Source: Ptychomitrium polyphyllum (Eukaryota). Taken from it: DNA of 64,000 nt. The stretch covers positions 5,394,001 through 5,458,000 of the forward strand of contig OZ316776.1 of NCBI GenBank assembly GCA_973851085.1, given 5' to 3'. The notes under the pieces are model-generated. The model saw only the letters and a program-made list of their open reading frames with translations, ran no database searches and was not told the origin of the DNA. Shown one piece after another: positions 12,301 through 25,400 of the stretch (position 1 is its first letter; each line of letters starts with the position of its first letter). A program made the translations under genes and the position numbers.

Positions 12301-13529
12301 AAAATCAATTAAGATAATATAGCATCTATAAAGTTTGAAATTACAACAAGCAAGTAATTAAATTGCACACTACTTAGAGTAGCATGAAATCAAGCCATTT
12401 TCAAAAGTCACAATAATTTCAGCTTACAACTTACTCATTGAGACATTATTGATATTTGACTAATCTATCCAAAGTGATTTTTTAAAAAATTAATCTCAAA
12501 TGTGGCTAAAAATGTGAGGTTGATATTAGTGAAGGACTTAGTTTTTCAAATGCATATAATGCTTCTTCTTCAAGAAATTTTTAACAAATAAAAATCAACA
12601 TTTTAACTAGTGGTTGAATAAATGTTGTGATAGAGGTTATTTAAAGATTGAATAGTAGCCATTCCTAGGACTATTTTGTCATTTTAAGTATGCTACTAGA
12701 TTGATGATATTATGGTGTTATTTTGGTTCATGTTCTAATTATGTTGATGAAGTAGACTTTGTAGAATGGATTGCTTGGATGTAGATTAGTAATCAAAGAA
12801 CAATCAAGCAAATTGTATAATATTGATTTTCCAAGCGGCCAAATAATTGTGTCATTCCAAGCGGCCCACTTCAATGGTTTCTTATTAATTGAAGGGTGGA
12901 GAAGGAGTGAAGATTTGAGGAGTGAAAAGTGAGATGTTGATTCATTTGAGTGGATATTGAAGTGAAGTGTTGTAGCATGGAAGTTGTATCCATGAATATT
13001 TGAACTGGATTTGGAAATATAAGGGCATCTTTTAAGGATTTGGTATATTGAAGTGTACTTGGAAGGTGTTGAGATGCATTATGTGCATGAGCCTATAACA
13101 TCTACTTTGAATATAAAGTTGAAAAAAATTTGGATGATATATTTTGGTTCATTGTGTGTAACCGAAATATGTTTTGAATAAGAACCTTAGAATTTGTGCT
13201 TTTAGGGAAGTCTAATATTAGAAGAAAAGTTTGAAGGCTTGATGCTTATTAAAATAGAAGTTGTGGAGTGTTGAACTAAAAGAGGTCTAATAGGTCAAAT
13301 TGAAAACATTTGGTTAAAATAGAAAACTTAATTAGGAAGGAAAAGTATGAGCAAGACATAAGAGTTTCAACCTACAACAAGAAAGCTATGTGATCACCGG
13401 ATAGAGCGCATACATCTTGACAACAAGAGTATTTAACACCAACTTGATTACAATACCTTCTTAGTTATTTTACTTAGTTATTTTACTACAATTAGGATGC
13501 ATAATTTGTTACTAAATTTATATTTATTT

Positions 13530-14270
13530 TGCATAAATTTTGATAAAATGGAGATCTTAGAGCAATCAGATACAGAATGCAAAGTTTCAGAATGACAACT
13601 TCTGTATTTGAATAAATTTTCATTTTTGCTACAAATTAGCTAATGCATAGCATATAGACAATGCACATGTTTACTTTTCTATGGCCTTTCGGTCTAAGGT
13701 CTTAAAATTCATTCTCTTTTCATGCTGGTTTTATGTGCAATTGATTTGATGCCCCCTAAGTTATCTAATAAGTCATTCTCTTTGAAATTGCAGAGTGCGT
13801 GTTTTATTGCCTTTTTGTATGAAACAACAAGTCTTCCTCCTTTGAGTTATTTTCCACAACCTATTGTGTTTCCTTTCCATGAAGAATCTGTTTGCAATTA
13901 AATAACTTAGCCAAAATTAATAAGAGTTGATTTGCAATGACTCTTTACTTTTTGTAAGGTGCATCTTTAACAAATTAATTGTTTGATTTTTATTGTTAAA
14001 AAAACACAAAAGGATGTTGATGCGCATTTTAATTATGTGTTGTAATTATCAAAGAAGAACATAAACATAGTGGTATTAGTTTTATAAAAGCTATAAGAAA
14101 CAGTTTGAAAATACAAAATTTGTTTTCAAATAGGCATAGGAAATTGTTGACTTTAAGACTTATAGTAGTTTATTTTACTACAACAAAGACAATTGCATCA
14201 TTAGACTCCATGATATTTATGTTATTGATGATAGATGGTGAATACATTATAAAAGAAATCAATTGATAAA
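13530..14270 (+). mobile_element. Decayed DDE-type DNA transposase remnant (LQLDN-x-K-x-NKN / GHTHEDxD-type; Sola/DUF7869-like)
   Basis: Frameshift-tolerant manual translation gives ordered blocks CINFDKME, RMQ, DNAHVYFSMAF, LQLNNLAKINKS, RCIFNKLIV*F, KTQKDVDAHFNY, EIVDFKTY and DDRW*IHYK. These match, in order, the motif series I recall for this transposase group (CIIHDKMD; HGDxAYAH; LQLDNxxKDNKN; GHTHEDxDxxF; ExxDFKS). Confidence 0.6.
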
Positions 14271-17200
14271 TTATAAGCCCTTTCAAGAATGTTGTTTAAA
14301 TATAAAAGGCTCATATGAACAATAGTCTACACTCTTTTAGTGATGGTGTTGATTTTTAATCTATAGATTTATTTTTTAAAATAGTCCAAAAAATGATACT
14401 ACAAAGAAAAATGTTGAAATGGAATTTACCTAAGTAAGAGATTGAATACATTGAACATCAGCAATCTTGCATGCATTCAAATTCCAAATATGTAAAGGAA
14501 CTTAAGTAATACATTAAGTATTGGAAGTAAATCCTTGCAAAGATCAATACAACATTGCTTTTAATTCTAATATTATTATAGAAAGATTATACTTTGTTTT
14601 TTATGAGATTAAAATAATATCTAAAACATTACTAAAGCATGGTTGAATAATTCATAAATGATATTATCTCTAAACACAATGATGTTAAATATTATATTAT
14701 TAAACTTACATTTAATCATTGTTTTAATTTTAAATACTAATTACTACAAAAATTGCATGAATGTTTTGCTTATGATATCCAATTCTCATGTATATATGGA
14801 TAAACTACCAATGCATTGTTAATAATTAATTAAACATTTGATTTGGATTGATTAAATTCAAATTCTTGTATCAAGCTAAAATTTGATGAATTTTTTTATT
14901 TAGTTTATAGCAAAACAAGAAATATAGATGTAGGAAAAATTACCAAAAGATTGCAAGTTTCAAAATTTAGAAAAGAGGTAGTCAAAACGAGGTAGCCAAA
15001 AATATGAAGCCAAATATATATTGTTAGCTTCTACAATCATCATGCATCTTTTATGCTTATCACAAACTACATCTATTTTAAAAGTACCATCATCAACAAC
15101 TTTAAACCAATTGAAGGTAAATATTCTATTTAAAAGCACATGTTTTAGCTTCAATTAATACCAATATTAATAACAATAAATTTTAATTATAATACATAAT
15201 TTTCCTTTTATCTTAATTATAATACAAACAAATATTATAAATTACATGCCATATTTCAATCAAATAAATAAAATATTTTTTTCTTTAAGCCACTAAATTT
15301 GCATCAAAGCTAATCATTTTTAATAGAAAGTATTAAAATAAATTCTACATAAATACCACATTTTCATTTTTAATGGAATTACAAAATATATCATTATTAA
15401 ATGCAATTGTCAAATGCATATTTACCATGTCCATTGTTACCTTTAGGAATTAATTCAAACTTTTCAAATCTAGAATTGCTGGTGGTTAAAGAAAGGATTA
15501 TATTATATATAACATAATATTACTAATAAATAATGTAATAAATATAAACATCTTTTAGAATTAATAAAGTTGCAATTATTAAACAATAGTAAATAATGAT
15601 GTTTCTTTAATACTATTTCCCTTCCAAAAAGATGCAATATGTACTTCTTCTACTAATAGTGAAATTGGAAGAAATCTTAATACATTTCCATTGAAAAATT
15701 ATAGTCTTTTTTAAAATTATGTTTTATTCATTGATAATAAATTTGAGTCTATTAAGGTTAAAATGTTTCCAAAAAATGAAAGGAATGAATTAAACATCTT
15801 AAAAACATTAATAATTTCTCAAAATCATTCCTTTAAATATCACTCAAATTTTTATAATGCATAGTTGGATGCATATTAATGGTATACAAAATAGGATTTA
15901 AATATTCTTGTATGAATTATGGAATTTCTTAAAGACCGAATATTAGAAAATAATTTAAAAATTAAATGCAAATTTGTATTTTCAAAAGGAATTTCATTGA
16001 TATAATTTTTAAAAATTTGTTTCAAAAATCATATTGATTGTTGCATATTTAAATCCAGTGCAATAAAATATCAATAAAATGAATTTGGACTTTTTTATAA
16101 TCAAGTTTATTAGAAATTAATGTAAAGTGTACATCATATAAAAAGGCATGAATAGAATTTTGATCAAATTTTTAAAAGGCACTTGATAAACATTCAATAT
16201 ATATTTGAAAAGGTCATATTTTGAAAGCAAAATATTGATTAGATTCTTCTAATTTTAAAAATAAAATTAATCAAGATTTGTATTAAATTCTATCTTGAAT
16301 TTTTCATGTAACAAATAGACAAGTAAACATCATTTGTTTTTATTTTTGAATTATGTAAATGCTAATAAAATTTATATTCAATTTTTTTTGTATTAGACCA
16401 GTTTAGTATTAGTGTCAAATTTGCATTCTTAAATGCTATAAGTTAATTTAAAATCCATTTAAGAAAATATTTTGATTATTTATTTTGTATTCCACATGGC
16501 TCCTAAGTTAAATTTGCAAGATTGCATAGTTAAGATTTTTTTATCATTTTTATATGATAATTTCAATAATAATGATATTTTAAATTAAAATAGGTATTGG
16601 ATATCTATGAATTAGAGCTAATATGTTGTTAAAACGTCTAGCTTGTCATTATTCAATAATTGAGTCATTTAAAAATAAAAATCCAATATTTTCTTTAATA
16701 ATTTAGTTAAACTTGTTTAATTCTTAACCTTTAAGATTGTTCCAAGATGGTTTTAATCTTTAATAAACAATGAAGCTTACCACAAATGATACATGCCAAT
16801 AAATTTGAATGGAAAGATGGTAAATTTTTGAATATGATAGTCTATAATTCATTTAAAAATCTAGCTTTGTTAAATACTAAGTTTAAAATCACTATTGTGA
16901 GGCTTCATACAAGAGGAACAATAAACTTTCCTTAACATAATTTTACTAAAAATAAAATAATTTAGAATTTTAAAAATAAATTAAAGATTGAGAAAAGAAA
17001 ATAAATAAGTTATGTTAAATTTAGAAAAAAATCCACACCTAAATACGTAAATTTTTAATTTACATACTTTCATAAATTTACGTAAACGTATATAAACATA
17101 AATTTTAAAAACATTTGATTTTGAAATTTGGTCAAAATAAATAAATTTTCAACCTATTTCTACTAAATGATAACTCCTTTTGATTCCTTTATTTGAACAA

Positions 17201-18846
17201 AAACCGATAAAATTTCAAAATAATAGAAATCTATCTAGTTGGTAAAAGACTTCCAATAAAACCTGGTCTTGTATTTAAAAACTGTATTAGTTACTGTGGT
17301 CAATAGTGAATACAATGTTGAGTGTAGTAGTTCCAAAGTTTTGAAGAGTACGAATACTGAGCACTCTACACATTTCGTATGAACCGCGGAAACATAAAAT
17401 TGTTATAGTTCTTTGCCTTCAAATAAGATAGAATGGTAACCCAGATCTAACTTACCATGAATGGTACAGAGGCACATAACTTACCAGCACATAGCACATG
17501 GCCCTGATAGGCAGAAAATAGAGCATTACCTATCGTAAATCGTAATTCACTCGTCAACTACGATGTGTACAAAGTCCCAAGCTTTTTGTGTGTATTGAAT
17601 GAGCCTAGTAAAGACCTTTCCTCACAGCCTAATCAATGACGTCGGAATATTCCTGACATAGATTCTGTTTTGAATATTTTCCTGTTCGGTCAAAAGCCAT
17701 TCCTATATAATTTTGTAGACTTTTAGATCCGATCCTCATTTACTATAAGTTAACACCCTTCACCCACAGCCAGCCCCTCTGAAATGATGCGATACGCCTT
17801 AGTGAAGGAAATTCTGAATTTCGATGTATTTTCCTAGCCATCATTATGCACTACCGTAGACATCTTTCTATACTTTCCAACATTCAGTAGTGTATCCATA
17901 CTCTGCCTGAAAGTGTTAAAATGCTGAAACAGCCGGGACTGTCCACAACAAGTTCAGGACAGTGGTACTGACGGTAGTTCAAGGGTGGACTAAATTAAAC
18001 ATATAAAAATTACTGTTTATAAAACCCTCGATCACAACCTGACCTACTACCGCGGCTCTACCAGCTGCAGCCAGACGTTGAAGTTTGAAAATGGTCGTCC
18101 GTTCCAGCGGAGAACCAGTAGAGCCTTGTGTTCGAAATTCAAACTACGAACTGACTCAAGGATGAATGATGAGCGTGCCTGCTGCAGCGAGCGCGGGTGT
18201 GAAGTTGTCGGAAGGACTCAAGCCTACTTTTAGGGCACAGTACCGCCTAGACCTAAAGAGTGGGGACCTTACCACGCGGTAAAAGGAACCACTACCCCAA
18301 AAGAACCAATGACACACAAAAGAAAGGGACGCTAAAAGAAACGTCGCAGAGTCACTAAAGAAACTGGAAAGGAGCTCTAAAGGAACGAGAGAGGAATGGA
18401 AAAAAGGAACGGAGAAAGGGGCGGCCAGGAACAGTCCCCGAGGCACTACTCAAAGAAGGCAGCGAAAAGCGGGGCTTGCAGGGGGCACAGTGCACACTGT
18501 CCAACTTACTACTACTGCCCTGTTACCACTAACTTATTGTACACTGTAGAGTCCAGTGTGGTCCAAGCTGGGAACAGTTCTGAAGCCAGTACACTACTTT
18601 AGTTGTAGCCATTCAACTAGAATGTTCCTAGTATTCCCAGTAAGCTTTATTCTCGTCAAGTCACTCTCATGGTGAGGCTTCAACTAAAGCTGCCTCTCAC
18701 ATGCTTGTAATGGTACACACCATCACTACCATCACCATCGTCAAGGCCAGTGTCAAGAGCAGAGCCCTTGGAGAATGCGTTTGAAAAGGTGAAGAACTCG
18801 CTTTGCTCATCAAAATTCCAGATCCATCCAGCAAGTATGCACAGAT

Positions 18847-18901
18847 ACACACACACGCACACACATACACACACATACACACACACACATACACACACAC
18901 A
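18847..18901 (+). repeat. Imperfect (CA)n microsatellite upstream of DEK1
   Basis: ACACACACACGCACACACATACACACACATACAC... visible directly. Confidence 0.95.
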
Positions 18902-19062
18902 AGTGCTGATGGTGTCAGACCACACACAGTGCAGAACGCGTCAGTCATCGTCTTCTGGGACTTGGTTTCGTTCTCGTCGTAGTGGTGCTAACTTCGTAGT
19001 GTGAAGCTATGCTAGTGGTGCAGTTCAACTAGCCTAGAGCTATTGATACCAGTACTACTGCA

Positions 19063-19108
19063 AGAGAAAAGAAGGGAAGCTAAGAGAAGAGAAGAGAAGA
19101 AGAAGAGA
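19063..19108 (+). repeat. GA-rich simple repeat in the DEK1 promoter/5' leader
   Basis: AGAGAAAAGAAGGGAAGCTAAGAGAAGAGAAGAGAAGAAGAAGAGA visible directly. Confidence 0.8.
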
Positions 19109-19317
19109 GTGGGTGTCGACTTTGTGCGTGGGTTTCTTGCAAGAACTGGCTAGGGTTGCTGTTTGATGGGATGTGCATGTGAGGGGGACGAATTGTGGAG
19201 GTGGGTTCAGAGTGGATTAAGAGGCGGTGGGGTGGAGGGGGAATAGGGTTTGAGATGAGCTAGGGTGTCAGGTTTTCTTGGAGAGCGGGTGATCGGGGGT
19301 GGGGAGGGAGCATCGAC

Positions 19318-19389
19318 ATGCAGAAGAAGAAGAGGGGGAGGGCGATAAGGAGCAAGAGAGGTGGCGGGGGGAGGAGTTGCAGCATGTGA
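19318..19389 (+). promoter_or_regulatory. Candidate upstream ORF (23 aa, MQKKKRGRAIRSKRGGGGRSCSM) ending 51 nt before the DEK1 ATG
   Basis: ATG at 19318 and TGA at 19387-19389. It is a uORF only if the transcript starts upstream of it, and the TSS is unknown. Confidence 0.45.
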
Positions 19390-19440
19390 AGGTTCAGGAG
19401 TGGGAGGAGTGCGGGACGGAGGTGGGGAGCGAGCCGCGCC

Positions 19441-22400
19441 ATGGGGGCGTCCGTGGACGGTGCAGCTGTGCATAGTGTGGTCACATCCTGTGCGCTCTTT
19501 GGTGCACTTTTCGTGGTGCTTAGTGCACTCTCCGTCACCATACTGGTCGCTGTGAATTGGCGCCCCTGGCGGATCTACAGGTACTTACCCCAGCTGCACC
19601 TCATTTGAGACAATTGCTTCCTGGTTGGGTGGTACCTTGATATTTTCCTACTGTGGAGAAGTGAGTTGATGTCTTTGTTGGTTGCTGTCAACTGGAAGTT
19701 GCTGGTCAACGGAGGCCATGAGCACTAGGCGTCTTTCGTGATCTTTGCTTTTGTTGGGGTTGGGAAGTTCTCAGTGGACGATAACGATGCAATCTCTCCA
19801 TTGTCTGATGACCTTGGTACACGGATTAGGGAAGATTTTCCCGAAGGAAACATTTTAGGGATGTAGCCGGAGGTGGGTTATGGATCCCTTATTGGGATAT
19901 GCGGTGGACAACCTAATTCAACGCCTCATACATCGTTATTGGGCACGGACGAACTGGAAAGTCGAGAGTGATGTCAAGTAGAACCAGTAGTCTTTTAATC
20001 TTGACTCTTGGCATGGAGTAATATGTAATGCAGAGATGTAGGAGCTTTGCCGATTGACATTAGTGTCACCTATCATCCCAGACTTGCAACTGGTCTTACG
20101 ATCTTACTTTTAGGAACCTAACCGAATTATACATGAGCGAGTAGTCTTGTATTTTCAGCAGTACTTCTGAGTTTGTTAGTCGTCTTATGTTAATGCAAAT
20201 GCTTGCAGCTTTTTAGAGATGGGAGAGCAGCCAACGGTCACTGGACATCTGATTCTTTTTCTTTTGTTAAGAGGGATCACGCTTGTCTGCAAAACAAGTT
20301 AGGTTTTCCCTTGTGGAAGACTGTGCTTCATGCCATATTTTAAATCACCGTAGGTAGTTTATATAGAACCTCCATAACTAGCAGACATCTAAAACCACAG
20401 ACCATCTGGAACTTATCTAGACGCATTCATTTTGAATAATTCGTCATGAATACCATGCAAAGAAGGCGTTGGAAGTGGGAGACAGACGGATATGTGACCT
20501 TCTAGCTTATCTTCCTAGACGTGGTAAGGATTTTTCATGTTGTTCGTTTTCTTTTTCTTCTCAGAAGACGGCGCCCTTCGTATAAATCTTTTAGATGGGT
20601 TCTACGGCACATAAAATTTATTCTCCAGACAGTATACGGCAATGGACAGTGACTCGCGTGTGGCATCGGGTGAATCACAGCACTGTGGCTATAATGTACG
20701 AGATAGCTGCTTGAAGTGGAAGATGCTCTCAGCTGACAAAGTTGCAAAGGACGATCGTAGTTTTCTGTCTGGTTATTCGTGGCTGTCGTTGCAACTTTGT
20801 ACTCACGATAGTATTGTCCATGCTGATTCCGAGACAATCTTGCAATGGAGCAATGCTTTTTTTGGGCGTCTGTGTTGAACCTGAACTCCCTACATCTTAA
20901 GTTGATATCTCCGTAACGTGTAGAGTACTTTCTTGTACTTGTTGTAAGGTTTTTCTTGTGACCGTTGGTGTGATGATTGCAGCTGGATATATGCTCGCAA
21001 ATGGAGATCTTTTATACAGGGCCCCCGAATGAGCATAATTTCCGGAATTCTTGCCTTGGCTGCCTGGGTGATTGTCCTGTCACCAATTGCGGTTCTCATC
21101 TTGTGGGGAGTGAGGCTTGTGGTTCTTTTGGACCATGATACGATCGGCCTTGCAGTCATCTTGGCAGGCACAGCTCTACTGTTGGCGTTTTACTCTATTA
21201 TGCTTTGGTGGAGGACGCAGTGGCAAAGCTCACGTATGTATATGGTGTACTGCTGATTAGACACTTGCATTCGTGGTCAAATTGTTCAGAGCCCATGTAT
21301 CTTATGCTTTATCCTGTTTGGTAATATCGTGATTTGGTTCCTGCAATTACTACCATCTTCTCTGAGTTCTTCATGATGGAACATTTTTTTACACAAATTG
21401 CAGGTGCTGTTTCTTTCCTGCTTCTTCTTGCTGTTTCTTTATTATGTGCATACGAGCTCTCAGCAGTCTATGTCACAGCTGGACGAAGTGCTTCAAATCG
21501 CTTTTCTCCATCAGCTTTCTTTTTTGGCGTTTCAGCAATCGCAATGGGCATCAACATGCTCTTCATATGTAAAATGGTGTTTAATGGTGAGCAATAGAAG
21601 ATGTTCTTATTAGCCGAAGTTGCATGAAACAATAACGAAGCTGCATCGTAATGCTGGGGATTCAATCACTCTTATTTGTTTCATTTATGGAGCTGAAAGT
21701 TGGAGGTTGATTGATTCTATCATGTTTGCCCTAATTTCTAGGGTTCGCATCTGGTATTATTCAAGGTTTAAGCCAGTGCTTTTGCATGCAGTTAAGGGCT
21801 AATAATTTGATATTCTTTTTCCAGGGGCTGGGCTTGATGTGGATGAATATGTAAGACGATCGTACAAGTTTGCCCACGCAGATACGTTAGAAGTTGGTCC
21901 TATTGCGTGCTTGCCAGAGCCTCCAGAGCCTCGTGATCCAAGTATTCAAAGGAAAAGAAGGTACGGTTCTCTTAATGTTATGCTTTCATTAGTTGTGATC
22001 CGTATCAACAACTTGTTGGCTCTTTCATGGAGCGATTTTTTGGTACCCCATATGTTTTATTCACCTGAACCTTTTTTTCTTGCTCAGCATGTTGTGAACT
22101 TCTCTGTTGGTATCACTGTGCTCCAGAACCGTGCATCTAGGTGGTCCTGCAGTTTTGGTAGACTAATTTCACATAATGTTCTGAAGTGGTACGTAGGAGA
22201 ATTCATGAGTTCATTTATGATAGTCCAGTATAAACAAGCTCATCCTTGCTTGTATGCAGTGCATGGCGTCTAGCACACTTATATCAAGCATCCGTTTTAG
22301 TTCTGGCGGCATATTCAATTCTTTATGGACTGACAGCAAGGAAGGCGCGATGGCTTGGTGGAGTTACTTCAGCTGCTGTAATTATTTTGGGTAAGTTGAG

Positions 22401-25400
22401 TATATACTGACAATGTTGTTAGTGCCTGATATTTTCTTGATTGTATGTTACGCTTTCAGTTGCATCTTGTTTCCTTTCTTTTTATACTACTATTCTGAGC
22501 TGTGAGTAAGTTCTCACCTTTATACTTTGTGAGGTGATATGACAGATGTTGTACATATATCTTTAAATTTCTTAACCATCTATCATTTAGTCTCAACAAC
22601 TTGCGTATTTTCTTCTTTCCTCTCTTGTTATTGAATCTGAATATGTATTAAGAATCTGCTGGCTTTTTGTCAAAAACAGATATGAACATAGGGGCGTGCT
22701 TATTTGGTTTCAAACTGCTCAAGAGCCGTATTGCAGCTCTCTTGGTTGCTGGGGCCTACAGAATGATATTGATCTGCTTTGGTGTACATTTTTGGTAGGT
22801 CTTTAATTTTGTTTTTGCTTGCTTGTGTTGTATGCAAGTTTAAGGGTTTGGTTTGGTTCAAACCACTTATTTCTACCCAAGCAGTCTGAAATTATCCTTT
22901 AAATGTTTTTTGATATTGAGATAGGAAGGAGAAAGTTTCTTGAATGTTTCTGGATTTTGTTGTGCTAGATACTCACGCTACTAGATTTGAGTTGCATCAG
23001 ATTTGGTGAACCGTGTCAGATTGACATGTACTGGTGTTGTCGCGCATTGCATAGTACCATGCTCTAGATAAATCTTTTGTTCGTGGTTGTCTGATTATTT
23101 GGGCTGCTTGCAGGTACTTGGGCCACTGTATAGGCTATTCTGTAGTTGCGTCAGTGTTATTAGGAGCCGTGGTAGTCCGGCATGTATCTGTTGTGAACCC
23201 AGGAGCCGCTCGACGAGCCGCCTTAGAGCACACTGTAGTTCGCCTGCGGGAGGGTTTTGGGCGGCGTGGGCCAGGCAGCTCCTCGAGTGTGTCCGAGGGG
23301 CGAACTTCAAGCGTTGTACACAGTAGTGTTGGAGCAGAGCAAATCGGAGCTGCGATAGAACTCATTAGTAGAGCGAATGCCAGAACCCAAGATGAAACAG
23401 CAGCGGCTGGATTTGCTGGGCAACATGGAGGTCCTGGACTTACTGATGACTTTGCAGTAGGTTTTGGTATACAAAATGTGGATTCAAAGACTGGGAGTTG
23501 TCAGCAGCCCTCATCACCAGATCAAGATACTACAGGCTCCAACCGCATATCCTGTGCGGGGTCTGTTGCTGCAATTGAACCCTTGAACACTTTGGATCGG
23601 AGTAGCACATTTGCATCACTGACGGATCAGCAAACGCTTGATTTGAATCTGGCTTTGATGTTTCAGGAGAGAATGCACGACCCTCGATTCACATCAATTC
23701 TTCGTCAAAATCCTGAGTTTGTTGCTCGGGGTGGAGAACATGAGCTTATAACATTGCTTCAAGATAAAGGTCTTGATCCAAATTTTGCAACGATGCTAAA
23801 AGAGAAAGGCTTGGATCCGACAATTTTGGCCTTGCTACAACGAAGCAGCCTTGATGCTGGCAGAGATCCAGGAGTAAACAATGACTCAGCCGCGGGTTTG
23901 AAGCAGTCCCGATTACTTATTCCAGATGAAACTGCTGGTTGGGCAAGGGAGTCCAAAAAACATACTTGTGGAAATTGGTTCAAGAGTGTTGGCGTTGTTG
24001 CACAGTTATTTGTAGGGACCCCAGAGCGGGCCTGGGTCTTCTTCAGTGTTATTTTTGTTGTGGAGTGTGTGATTGTTGCGATATTTCGTCCCACAACGGT
24101 GACTGTCATCAATGGGAGACACGAGCAGGTTAGTAGGCAACAGCCGAGTGTGTTGTGTGTGTGTGTGCTAATAAGAGAGGAGAGAGTCTCTAGTGCAGGT
24201 TAAGTTGCACAGAGCTGACTTATTCATTGGATTGTGTTCAACAATCGAAAATCTAGGGCCTTTCATTTATTTTATAACTAGTGAGTCAGAAAGTTTGAAG
24301 GTGATGCATTCTTTTAATCCTTTACCGAAGACAGATAAGTGAGTCATTCAAGTTACAACGTCTTGATTTATTGCGAGTTTTAGCGTGTGTTTTGGCGTTT
24401 TTGTGTAGAGGTTATTTGCGCTCTGTAATCGATCACTATGGTTGTTGAATGCGTTGCTTGTGAGCGTATTGATAACTATTCTTTGTACTCTTGCAGTTTG
24501 AGTTCGGATTTTCAGCACTTCTGCTGTCTCCCGTCACATGTTCGATACTGGCTTTCTTGCGTTCATTGCAAGCAGAGAATATGGTCCTCACTAGGAAGGT
24601 TCAAAAGGTATGTTTTCGTTATTAGGTTAGAATTGTGACCAAGTCTATCATCCACAATTTTATCCTTTTGAAAATTTCAAGTTTTGACCTCCTGTAATTT
24701 GGCACAAGACTTACCTGAGGCACTAGTGCCTCTGTTGTATCATTATGTCAAGTTTGCTATATAGTATGATGGTACTACTGCTACGTTTGAAATTATTGGA
24801 AGTTTACGTGCTTATTTTCTAACACAGGCTATTATCCTTGCCAGTTTGGATTGATTGCGTGGCTTTTGAGTACTGGGGTGGGTCTGCTCCTGGCTTTTCT
24901 CAGGTTGAATCCGTGTTCTAAGCCCCTCACAAGTCATGTAGTTGTTTCAGCTTATCAATGTGGGTAGTATGGAAACTTTGCTAGCCAAAGGTTTTTGTCA
25001 TACAGTGTTTTCTAGTCAGTATATTAGTTGTGTTCCTTCTATTGTCTTTACAAGCGACGTTCCACTATTTTCACAAATTCATATCTCTCTCACAAGGGCT
25101 AATGTTCCGTGCATATTCTTTGTTATTATCTGGCGTTAAGCAAACATTATCTTATTGTGGCTATTTTGTGTGGTGAAACAGTAAGTCATCGATCATCTTA
25201 GGGCTTGCTGTGACTGTTCCATTGATGGTGGCTGCCATCTCTGTTGCCCTGCCTATTTGGGTGCACAATGGGTATAGTTTTTATCAGACTCCTGCTTTGG
25301 AGTATCATGCTACTCGAGCTTGGGAAGAACAAGCAAGGCGTGGTAGAACCAAAGAGGTGAATTTCTTGCATCCGAATTTCAGTGGAATCTGATGAGCTAC

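Larger units (their letters stand above)
3024..17300. other. AT-rich, repeat/transposon-derived intergenic block with no intact gene
   Basis: Very AT-rich, with only short low-complexity ORFs. It contains recognisable LTR and transposase remnants listed separately. Confidence 0.7.

Noticed and set aside
4279..16000. Short Ile/Phe/Lys/Asn-rich ORFs in the AT-rich block (4279-4563, 6160-6501, 12016-12243, 14960-15154)
   Set aside because: These are compositional artefacts of AT-rich DNA with no motifs.
18680..19004. ORFs with VCVCV / THTHT runs
   Set aside because: These are translations of the (CA)n microsatellite.
17340..19060. Multiple GTAC cores (SBP/CuRE-like) upstream of DEK1
   Set aside because: About nine in 1.7 kb is close to chance expectation for a 4-mer.
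20535..20878. 78- and 100-aa ORFs inside DEK1 intron 1
   Set aside because: No recognisable domain, and exon 1 splices in frame to exon 2 (YS|WIYARKW) without them.
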